Positions 1 through 7,772 of a DNA stretch of 50,980 nt are shown here, in pieces (the stretch's first letter is position 1; every line of letters begins with the position of its first letter). The notes beneath the pieces were generated by a model. The model was not told where the DNA came from, did not search any database, and saw only the letters and a program-made list of their open reading frames with translations. This stretch comes from Candidatus Eiseniibacteriota bacterium (lineage in GTDB: Bacteria > Orphanbacterota > Orphanbacteria > Orphanbacterales > Orphanbacteraceae), in NCBI GenBank assembly GCA_043809585.1, contig JBDROZ010000036.1:1-50980 (forward strand), read 5' to 3'. A program made the translations under genes and the position numbers.

Positions 1-49
1 GTGCGGCCGGCGATGGCGGGCGGACGTAAGTTGGCGCGCCGGCTCGAAA

Positions 50-232
50 CTAGAACCGGTTTCACAACCTCCATTCTACTGCGATCGGCTGCAAGGCCCG
101 GCGGTTGCGTACTCGGGTAAAAACGTCCTCAATGGCCTTCTTAGGCCACCTCCGAGCGTTTTCCCCCTTGATCCTTGCCGCCGGACCTTTCGCTCGATCT
201 CGCGACGAAGGAGGTTGTGAAACCGATTCTAG
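50..232. mobile_element. MITE-like non-autonomous element, copy A (183 bp)
   Basis: TIRs CTAGAACCGGTTTCACAACCTCC (50-72) and GGAGGTTGTGAAACCGATTCTAG (210-232), with CTAG at both ends. Near-identical inverted copy at 19144-19326 and a diverged copy at 4160-4341. No transposase. Confidence 0.8.
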
Positions 233-394
233 GCAAAGTCGCCCGATGTCGGTTTTTTCGAGCTTTCGAAAACTCGTCCCTTGCGCCGGATGACGCGGTA
301 TCATTATATCGTTTCCGCGTCGGCGGTTCAATCGTCTCGGGCTCGGAAGGCGGCGTATCGATTGATGATGGTTAATGGTTCGACTCGAAAGGGA

Positions 395-967
395 ATGTTC
401 GTTCTTCTTCTCGTGGCGTTTCTCACGCCGGCGGAGACCGCCGTCGCCGGTTCCCCTTCGATCGCTTTCCACGGTGAGAGGATCGTGCTCACCGTGCTCG
501 AGGGCCGGATCCGGGTGTGCGGCGAGTACCGCTTCCGGAATGACGGGCCCGAGGAGGCCGGAGAGCGCCTCTTCTATCCTTTTCCCGTGGATTCGATGCA
601 CCCGGCCCCCGACACGACCTCGATCGAGACGGGGGGGGAGGCGGTCCCCTTCCGGGTCGGCGCCCGGGGCGTGGCCTTCACGGCGGAGGTCCCGGCCGCT
701 TCGATGCGCACTTACCGGATCTGCTACGAACAGGAGTGCTCGGTCCCCGCCGGATGTTACATCCTGACCACCACGGCCGCCTGGCCGGAGCCGCTCGCGG
801 AGGCGGAATTCGAGGTGATCGTGCCGGGCGGTTTCGCGCTCACCCGTCTTTCCTACGAGCCGGACGAGACGGAACATCGCGACGGCGGCACGGTCTATCG
901 GTTCCGGCGCACCCGGTTCCTCCCCGACCGGGACCTTTGCGTGGAGTGGCGGAGACGGGTGGAGTAG
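395..967 (+). CDS. Secreted hypothetical protein (DUF4424-like)
   Basis: The ATG at 395 gives a signal peptide MFVLLLVAFLTPAETAVA. Motifs E-x-I...Y-x-F-x-N, YILTT-x-x-x-W-x-x-P and C-terminal F-x-P-x-x-DL recall DUF4424-type proteins (from memory, not searched). Confidence 0.6.
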   Translation: MFVLLLVAFLTPAETAVAGSPSIAFHGERIVLTVLEGRIRVCGEYRFRNDGPEEAGERLFYPFPVDSMHPAPDTTSIETGGEAVPFRVGARGVAFTAEVPAASMRTYRICYEQECSVPAGCYILTTTAAWPEPLAEAEFEVIVPGGFALTRLSYEPDETEHRDGGTVYRFRRTRFLPDRDLCVEWRRRVE

Positions 968-1112
968 CCCTCTCGGGCACTCTGTCGACGGAATTCCCTT
1001 CCCTTTTCATCCGTGCTATGGTGGCCCTGTCACGGCAACCGCCCCCCGCGGGGCGGAACCGGGGGCCCCCCCGGATGGAATCGAAGGACCTTTTTCGGAC
1101 GGAGTAATAGAC

Positions 1113-2477
1113 ATGGGAAAACGCCCTTATCTGCGCGCGGTGCTCGCGGGCGCTCTCGCCCTCGCCATCGGATGCGGCGGCGGCGGCGACTCCGGCGGCG
1201 GAGAGAAGGCCGCCGGTCTGCCCGCCGGACCCCACCCGATCGTCTTGATCGACATCGGCACCCTGCGGGCGGATCACCTCGGCTGCTACGGGTACGACAG
1301 AGCGACGAGCCCGAACATCGACGCCCTCGCCGGCGAATCGGTTCTCTTCGAGTGGGCTTTTTCCCAGGCGCCGATGACCGGCCCCTCCCAGGCGTCGATC
1401 CTCACCGGCCTCTACCCGACGAGCCACGGCATGGCGGAGGAGGGGACCCGTCTCACCGACGAGGCGACGACGCTGGCGGAAGCCCTCGCCGCCCACGGTT
1501 ACACGACGGCCGCCTTCGTCGACGGCGGCTACCTGAGCGAGGGCTTCGGGCTGAATCAGGGTTTCGGCGTGTACGACAACAGTCAGGGGGGCGGGCTCGA
1601 GGCGATCGGGCCGAAGGCGATCGAATGGCTGCGCGGCCATGCATCCGAGAATTTCCTCCTTCTCGTCCATACCTACGACGTGCACACGCCCTACGCCCCC
1701 CCGGCGCCCCACCGGGATCTGTTCACGAACGGGATCACGCCGACCGCGGGCTTCGAACCGACCGCGGAGGCGATGGAAGCGGTGCGCGCCGGCGACGCCC
1801 CGGCCCTCGGCGAGAACGACCTGGCCTACGCGAAAGCGCTCTACGACGGCGAGATCCACTACGTCGACGAGTGGGTGGGCAGTTTCCTCGGCGTGATCCG
1901 GGAACTCGGCCTCGACGGCAGGGCGACGATCGTCCTCTTCTCCGACCACGGCGAGGAGTTCGGCGAGCACGGTTCGGTGCTTCACGAGAAACTCCATGCC
2001 GCCGTGACCCGGGTGCCTCTCGTCATCCGGATGCCGGGGGGCGCCGAGGCGGGGCGGATCTCCCAGGTTGTGGAGATGATCGACCTGATGCCGACGTTGC
2101 TCGAGCTCTCCGGCGCCCCCACCCCCGGCGTGATTCAAGGGGAGAGCCTGGTCCCCCTCGTTCAGGGGCAGGGACAACCACCGTACGTGGCGTTCAGCGA
2201 GTCCCCCCATTTCGGCGGACAGCATGCCATGGCGATGGGCGGGTACCACATGATCTACCGAGAAGAGGGGGGCGAGGCGGAGTTCTACGCCCTCGGGAGG
2301 GACCCTCTCGAGCAGAAGAACCTCGCCGGGACCGAAGGCGAGCGGCTCGAAGTGATGAAGCGTCAGGCCGGCGTCTGGCGGGAGAAAGTGAGCGCGTTCT
2401 CCTTCGCCGGAGGCGAGGCGGCCGCGGTCGGCGAAGAGACTCTCGAGCAGCTCAAATCGCTCGGATACGTGCAGTAA
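1113..2477 (+). CDS. Sulfatase-like hydrolase/transferase (alkaline phosphatase superfamily), lipoprotein
   Basis: Lipobox LAIGC; TLRADHLGCYGY, TGPSQASILTG, HTYDVHTPY, YDGEI, SDHGEEFGEHG and C-terminal LKSLGY. Confidence 0.9.
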   Translation: MGKRPYLRAVLAGALALAIGCGGGGDSGGGEKAAGLPAGPHPIVLIDIGTLRADHLGCYGYDRATSPNIDALAGESVLFEWAFSQAPMTGPSQASILTGLYPTSHGMAEEGTRLTDEATTLAEALAAHGYTTAAFVDGGYLSEGFGLNQGFGVYDNSQGGGLEAIGPKAIEWLRGHASENFLLLVHTYDVHTPYAPPAPHRDLFTNGITPTAGFEPTAEAMEAVRAGDAPALGENDLAYAKALYDGEIHYVDEWVGSFLGVIRELGLDGRATIVLFSDHGEEFGEHGSVLHEKLHAAVTRVPLVIRMPGGAEAGRISQVVEMIDLMPTLLELSGAPTPGVIQGESLVPLVQGQGQPPYVAFSESPHFGGQHAMAMGGYHMIYREEGGEAEFYALGRDPLEQKNLAGTEGERLEVMKRQAGVWREKVSAFSFAGGEAAAVGEETLEQLKSLGYVQ

Positions 2478-2502
2478 GCGAGGGAAAGGAAGTCCAAACG
2501 CG

Positions 2503-2531
2503 AAGGGGACGGGCGCCGGGCCCGTCCCCTT
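2503..2531. terminator. Hairpin between convergent genes (probable bidirectional terminator)
   Basis: AAGGGGACGGGC-gccgg-GCCCGTCCCCTT, a 12-bp perfect stem. Confidence 0.6.
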
Positions 2532-2599
2532 ATTCGTCTTCTCGGATCCCTTCGGCCCGAGAGGCTCGGAAACGGTCGCCGGTGATCGTCACCGCCTCT

Positions 2600-3370
2600 T
2601 CAGGGAGAGGCGCCGGCGGTCGCCCATGTCCCCCAGACGCCGGAGAGGACTTCGAGGCCCGACCCGGCGGGGTTCATGGGGAAGAAGGATCCGTTCGAGT
2701 GGCAGACAAGGGCGGTGATCTCGGAGGCGCTCGCGATGTAGGCGACCTCGTGGTTATAGACCGTCACGCGTGTGGATTCCGAGGCGTCGGTGGATAGCCA
2801 GTGGACGAGGTATCGTCCGGTTTCGACCTGCTCATAGAGAAAGACCTCGATGGAACCTCCCCGGAGCGCGGGATTGTCCCAGACGAGGGTGTTGCCCGCC
2901 GTCGCCGGGGAGGTCACCCACAGGGCGTCGGGACGATACAGGAAGAGTCCCGACGGAGCGCCGGGGGCGACCGCCGAGGCCGAGACCGAGGCCCGTCCGT
3001 CGCCGACGGCGATCTTGACCGTATCGCCCGGCTCGATGCCCGGCGCCACGCCGGTGTAGGCGTTCCACGCCGGGTCGTAGGAGAGACGCTCGCTGTTGGC
3101 GAACGCGACGAGGTTCGTGACGGGGTTGCCGTTGGCGGAGCCGTCGCGCACGTAGACGACGGCGCCCTCGGGCGCGCCGGCGGGTGCGCCATGGGGGAAC
3201 ATGTAGTAGAAGCCGCTGATCCAAAGATCCCGCACATCCCCACCGGCGGCGTTCCCAGAATCCGGGCCGGCGGGCGACGAACCGTCGTCGGAGCAGCCGA
3301 GCAGAAGGGCGCTGAGGAGGATTCCTCGGAGGAGGAGGACCGGGGAGACGGGGAATGAGATCCTGTTCAT
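2600..3370 (-). CDS. Hypothetical lipoprotein
   Basis: 256-aa ORF with lipobox LLGC followed by an SDDGSSPAGP linker and a beta-rich body. Confidence 0.75.
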   Translation of the reverse strand: MNRISFPVSPVLLLRGILLSALLLGCSDDGSSPAGPDSGNAAGGDVRDLWISGFYYMFPHGAPAGAPEGAVVYVRDGSANGNPVTNLVAFANSERLSYDPAWNAYTGVAPGIEPGDTVKIAVGDGRASVSASAVAPGAPSGLFLYRPDALWVTSPATAGNTLVWDNPALRGGSIEVFLYEQVETGRYLVHWLSTDASESTRVTVYNHEVAYIASASEITALVCHSNGSFFPMNPAGSGLEVLSGVWGTWATAGASP

Positions 3371-3514
3371 GTTTCACCGCGCCGGGAAATTCTTGAAACC
3401 AATATAGCGCTGATTAGGGCAATCGTCCATGGGGGCCGCCACGGCGTCTCCCGGTCGGCCGGGAAGCCGAGGAGGACCGCGAGGGTGCCGAAGCTCGCCG
3501 GCGATGACGGCAGA

Positions 3515-3964
3515 TCAGTCCTCTTCGATCCAGAGAAGGACCTGGCCCGCCCGGGGAAGAACGAATTCGATCCAAAGGCCGGACCCCGTGGCCACCGGGT
3601 CGGGGGTCGCCTCGATCGAAAGCGGCACGGGTTGGAACCGCCCGGCGGCCGGTCCGATCGTGCCCGGTGCGGCGGGATGGGCTCCGGGAGAGGGCTCGGC
3701 GTCGACGATCGAGAAGACGTCTTCGGCGGTCTCGTTCTCGAGCCGCACGACGGCGCGGTACACCCCCGCAACCGCGGGCGCGCCCCCATGATCAAGGAGG
3801 TCCCAGACGACGGTGTGGGAGCCGGCTTCTTCGGCTTCATCGACCAGTGTCCGAACCAGGGTGTTCGAGTCCGGGCCGGCCGGGCCGTCGTCCCCGCCGC
3901 AACCGAACAGCATTGCGACGAAGGCGACGACGAGGCCGATCCGGGAAATGCCCGCGGCTTTCAT
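3515..3964 (-). CDS. Lipoprotein with circularly permuted FlgD-Ig/CTD-like domain
   Basis: Lipobox LFGC, then LVRTLVD..EAGSHTVVWD..D..G.P...GVY, then ATPDPV..GLWIEFVLPRAGQVLLWI. GGAGG SD upstream. Confidence 0.75.
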   Translation of the reverse strand: MKAAGISRIGLVVAFVAMLFGCGGDDGPAGPDSNTLVRTLVDEAEEAGSHTVVWDLLDHGGAPAVAGVYRAVVRLENETAEDVFSIVDAEPSPGAHPAAPGTIGPAAGRFQPVPLSIEATPDPVATGSGLWIEFVLPRAGQVLLWIEED

Positions 3965-4159
3965 AGGGGGTCCTCCCTCCTAGCCTGGATTATGCATGAA
4001 TCTCCGTTACGAGGGCTCGGATCGCCTGACGAGAAGCTGACTTGGACGAGCCGCCACCGGAGGCGTAGTCATGCACTACGTCGAGGAGGCGGCGAAGGAA
4101 AGGAGGCTTCGCAGGCGGCTGATCCGAGATCGCAGTAGGAGATTTGTGCATGATCCAGG

Positions 4160-4341
4160 CTAGAACTCATTTCAAAACCCCTTCCTGCTGTGGCCGGCTG
4201 CAGGGACGGCCTGCTTCGTCCTCGGGCGAGAATGTCCTCATCGGCCCTCCAGGGCCGCCTCCGGGCATTCTCGCCCTCGATCCTCGCCGTCCGTCCCTTC
4301 GCTCACCCTCGCAACGAAAGGGGTTTTGGAACGGGTTCTAG
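4160..4341. mobile_element. MITE-like element, diverged copy C (182 bp)
   Basis: CTAGAACTCATTTCAAAACCCC ... GGGGTTTTGGAACGGGTTCTAG. Colinear internal similarity to copy A with the same nested hairpins. Confidence 0.7.
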
Positions 4342-4412
4342 GGAACCGGCGACTGCCCGAGGGTCTTCGATCCTCACGAGATCATCTTACCGATTATTCT
4401 CTCGACACTCCA

Positions 4413-4441
4413 TTGACTTGAAGAAGGGAGATGCCTATATT
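4413..4441 (+). promoter_or_regulatory. Sigma70-type promoter of the metal-efflux operon
   Basis: TTGACT (4413-4418), 17 bp spacer, TATATT (4436-4441). It overlaps the ATG at 4431, so the real start is probably GTG 4485 (SD GGAGG at 4470). Confidence 0.65.
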
Positions 4442-4484
4442 CAGCAAGGGCGTTTTGGACGAATTCCCCGGAGGTACCCCGGCC

Positions 4485-4898
4485 GTGATCTCGAGGTCTT
4501 GCCTATCTCTGCTCCTCGTTCTCTTCCTGTACTCCGGGATCTTCTATCCGTATGTCCACTTCCACCATGATCATGAAGCGGACCCCCGTGTCGTCGTTTC
4601 GGTTCATCCTGTCGAATTAGGCCATGCCGCGCCCGGTCATCACGAACACCACGATCGCCACGATCAAGACCGGGGACAAGACCGCGACCGAACACATCAT
4701 CAGTATCAGGAACGAAACTACTTGCGGCCGGGGATCGCGAAGATGGGCGGTGTCGATCCCGGAGTCGCCGCAATTCCCGCCTCTCCGGTTCTTATGGATC
4801 CTACGCCTCGCCGTCGGGCGGTGATTCCGGAGGTCCCTCGGTCCCCCGGAGTACCGCCGCCGGAACCTCTTGGTCGGGCCCCCCCGTTCGCCGTCTGA
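4485..4898 (+). CDS. His-rich exported leader protein with C-terminal RAPP motif (putative ribosome-arrest metal sensor)
   Basis: Hydrophobic N-terminus, HFHHDH...HHEHHDRHD, Pro-rich tail ending LGRAPPFAV*. Lies directly upstream of the TolC gene. Confidence 0.7.
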   Translation: MISRSCLSLLLVLFLYSGIFYPYVHFHHDHEADPRVVVSVHPVELGHAAPGHHEHHDRHDQDRGQDRDRTHHQYQERNYLRPGIAKMGGVDPGVAAIPASPVLMDPTPRRRAVIPEVPRSPGVPPPEPLGRAPPFAV

Positions 4899-4957
4899 TC
4901 CTCCGCCAGTCATTCGTTCCGAGTCGAATCGAAACTCTATCCAGGGGAAGTGTGCTC

Positions 4958-6211
4958 ATGGGCGGAATGTCCATTCTTCGGCGCGCCTCGCGTGCCGTCA
5001 TGTGCAGCGTTCTCTTCTTCATCTCCGCAGCGGAGGCTTCGACACTTTCGCTCGAGTGGGGCGACGTGCCGGCCTGGGCGGAGAGACATGCCCCCGAGCT
5101 CGCCGCGTTCGAGGCCGGCCTTCGAGCCGCCCGGGCGGAACGGGACGTTCATTTTCAGTGGGCCCATCCGGAACTCGCCTATGACAGAGAGGAAGTCGGA
5201 GAGGAGACGGAGCAGCGCCTCACTCTCGAGAAGACCATGGAAAACCCCTGGCTTCGAGGTGTCCGCGGCGAGTACTGGAATGCCCGCCTCGGGGCCGCCG
5301 AAGCGGATCGGGCGTACCGGGCGGGAGAGGTGGTTTACGAACTGCGCCGGGACTACCTGCGGCTGCGGCTCGCCGAAGGGCTTCTCGAGGAGCTCCTCGC
5401 GGCCTATGCGGCGCTGACGCGGCTCTCCTCCTCCGCCGTCGCCGGGGAGGAAGAGGGGAGCCTCTCTGCCATGGAAGCCGGCTTGGTCCGATCCACCCTC
5501 ACGGGAATCCATTTCCGCATCGTCTCCCTGGACCGGGACAGGGAGGTTCGGGAAGCGGAATGGAGGGCGCGCATGGGGATCGAGCCGACGACCGATCTCC
5601 TGCTCGTAACGAGGATCGGCATGCCGACCGTTCGGCTGCCGGAGGAGGATGCACTCCTCGCGGATGCGACCGGATCGGCCGGGGTTCGGGCGCTGGAAGG
5701 AGAAGTGACGGCCCGGCGAAGACAGGCGTCGGTAGAGCGCCGTCGGTCCTTGCCGGCGCTCCGGCTCTCCGGTGGATACAAGTACGTCGACCCCGGAGAA
5801 GGCGGGTACGCGGCGGGGGCCGCGATCACATTCCCTCTGTTCCATGCGAACGGCGCCGCAGTGGCGAAGGCCCGCGCGGAGAGGGAGGAATCGGAGGCAC
5901 GGCTTTTCGCGCTTCGTGGCGAAATCGAGGGGGAAGTTCGCGCCCTCCGGGAGAGCGTGCACCGGATGGCACCGGTCTTGGTCGAATCCGGCGCCTCCCC
6001 CTCGCCCGGTGAGCTCATCGAGCGCCTCTTGACCGCCTACGAGGAGGGGTGGATACCCATGGGCGAGCTTCTCACCGGTCTCGGGATCGCCTTCGACGGG
6101 GCGTTCGATCGTGCCCGTCTTCTCGAAGAGTACTACGACGCCATCCTGCGTCTGGAGTGGGTCACCGGACGGGCGATTCTCGCTCCGGGAGAAGGAGGAT
6201 CGGAACAATGA
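4958..6211 (+). CDS. TolC-family outer membrane efflux protein (CzcC/CusC-like)
   Basis: Signal peptide; HPEL, LPALRL...G..ITFPLF and AYEEG OEP-repeat motifs. ATGA overlap with the next gene. Alternative start at 4952. Confidence 0.85.
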   Translation: MGGMSILRRASRAVMCSVLFFISAAEASTLSLEWGDVPAWAERHAPELAAFEAGLRAARAERDVHFQWAHPELAYDREEVGEETEQRLTLEKTMENPWLRGVRGEYWNARLGAAEADRAYRAGEVVYELRRDYLRLRLAEGLLEELLAAYAALTRLSSSAVAGEEEGSLSAMEAGLVRSTLTGIHFRIVSLDRDREVREAEWRARMGIEPTTDLLLVTRIGMPTVRLPEEDALLADATGSAGVRALEGEVTARRRQASVERRRSLPALRLSGGYKYVDPGEGGYAAGAAITFPLFHANGAAVAKARAEREESEARLFALRGEIEGEVRALRESVHRMAPVLVESGASPSPGELIERLLTAYEEGWIPMGELLTGLGIAFDGAFDRARLLEEYYDAILRLEWVTGRAILAPGEGGSEQ

Positions 6212-7746
6212 AATGGAAGCTTCTGCTTTCGGTGTTCTTTGTCGGGGCGGCCTTCGCCCTCCTCGGCGGTTCCGATCCCGATCACGGGGAGGAATCGAGC
6301 GCCCACGAGGGGGAGGCCCATTCCCCCGACGACGGTCACGGCCATGGGGACGGCGGCCACCCTACGAGAGCCGTGACTCTCTGGACGGATCATCTGGAGC
6401 TCTTTCTGGAGTACCCGCTGCTCTCGCCCGGCGAAACGGGGCGGTGCCTCGTTCACCTCACGGACCTTCGGGATTTTCAGCCGATCCGGGAGGGCACCGT
6501 GACCGTCCGTTTCCGTGGCGCCGGCTCTCCGGAGGAATTCACCGCGCGAGAGGTCCTGCGCGAGGGGATCTTCACTCCCGAGATCCGGTTCTCCGCCGCC
6601 GGGCCTCGGTCGTTCACGTTGGAGTACGCGGGCCAAGGCCTTACCCAGAGCTTCGCCATCGACGGTTTCGAGGTCTATCCGTCGGTGGACGGGGTCCCGG
6701 GAGAAGACGAGGGGGACGACGGAAGCATCTCTTTTCTCAAAGAGCAACAGTGGAAGATCGAGTTCCGAACCGACCAGGTCGAGGTCCGGTCGATTCGCGC
6801 CCTCCACCCGGCCGTGGCCCTCGTCCTTCCGAACCCTGCCCGGTCGGCCGTCGTCGCTTCTCCCGTGGACGGGTTTGTCGAGCCACCGCAAGGGGGGGCT
6901 CTCGTCATGCCCGGCGCTCGAGTCCGCCGCGGCGAAGAGGTCGCCCGGCTCCGGACGTCCGCGGTGGGCGAGAACGGTGGGGCGTCGGTGAAGGCGTCTT
7001 ACGAACTCGCCGCCCGTGAGATGGAGCGGGCGGGGCGCCTCCGTGAACGGGGCGCTGTCTCCCCCCGCGAATTCGACGTCATCGAGCAGGAGTATCTCGC
7101 ACGCAAGGCGGGCTTCGAGTCCTTCGAAGAGGGGGAGGAGCATGGTTCGGTCGTGATGCGTGCGCCGGTCGCCGGCGTCGTAACCTCGGGTTCCATGACC
7201 CGGGGGCAAGCCGTATTCGCCGGCAAAGAACTGTTCGCGATCGGCGACCCGGACCGGGTTCTGCTCCGAATCCTCCTCCGGGAAAGCGACTCCTACGAAG
7301 CGGCGTGTCCTTCCGCCATCGGACTCCGCATCCCTGGCCGCGAGGACCTGCTCCTCCTCGAGAAAGACGACTTCTTGCTCACAGGCGATGGGGCCGTAGC
7401 CGACCCTGACGGGGGCGGCATTCCCCTTTTCTTGGAGGCCGTGAATCCGGAACGTCTCTTGCGATTCCATCAGTCTCTACCGGTGGAGGTGTACACGGGG
7501 GGGGGCGAGCCCACGCTGGCCGTCCCCCGGCGGGCCCTGTTCGAAGAGGAGGGCGCATCGGTCATCTACGTGCAGACCGGCGGCGAGTCCTTCGAGATGC
7601 GGGTCGTTGAACTCGGTTCGCGGGATGGGGAGTGGGTCGCCGTCCGGCGGGGAGTCCTCGGCGGTGAGCGGGTCGTTACCCGAGGAGGATACCAGGTGAA
7701 GCTGGCCGCCACGACGGCCGAGATCGGCCACGGCCACGCCCACTGA
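6208..7746 (+). CDS. RND efflux periplasmic adaptor (CzcB/CusB-like), His-rich
   Basis: Start MKWKLLL at 6208; HSPDDGHGHG, ISFLKEQQW, V.SPVDG.V, RAPVAGVV and GERVVTRG; C-terminal GHGHAH. Confidence 0.9.
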   Translation: MKWKLLLSVFFVGAAFALLGGSDPDHGEESSAHEGEAHSPDDGHGHGDGGHPTRAVTLWTDHLELFLEYPLLSPGETGRCLVHLTDLRDFQPIREGTVTVRFRGAGSPEEFTAREVLREGIFTPEIRFSAAGPRSFTLEYAGQGLTQSFAIDGFEVYPSVDGVPGEDEGDDGSISFLKEQQWKIEFRTDQVEVRSIRALHPAVALVLPNPARSAVVASPVDGFVEPPQGGALVMPGARVRRGEEVARLRTSAVGENGGASVKASYELAAREMERAGRLRERGAVSPREFDVIEQEYLARKAGFESFEEGEEHGSVVMRAPVAGVVTSGSMTRGQAVFAGKELFAIGDPDRVLLRILLRESDSYEAACPSAIGLRIPGREDLLLLEKDDFLLTGDGAVADPDGGGIPLFLEAVNPERLLRFHQSLPVEVYTGGGEPTLAVPRRALFEEEGASVIYVQTGGESFEMRVVELGSRDGEWVAVRRGVLGGERVVTRGGYQVKLAATTAEIGHGHAH

Positions 7747-7772
7747 GGCGAGAAGGACAAGAGGGTGGAACG

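Noticed and set aside
105-293. Duplicated small ORF MRTRVKTSS... (also 18981-19271) and reverse ORFs ending ...AVEWRL
   Set aside because: These are translations of the MITE. They have no SD or protein features, and the reading is not preserved in the diverged copy.
4431-4484. ATG 4431 as start of the His-rich leader
   Set aside because: It lies inside the predicted -35/-10 promoter. GTG 4485 has a GGAGG SD and puts the hydrophobic segment at the N-terminus.
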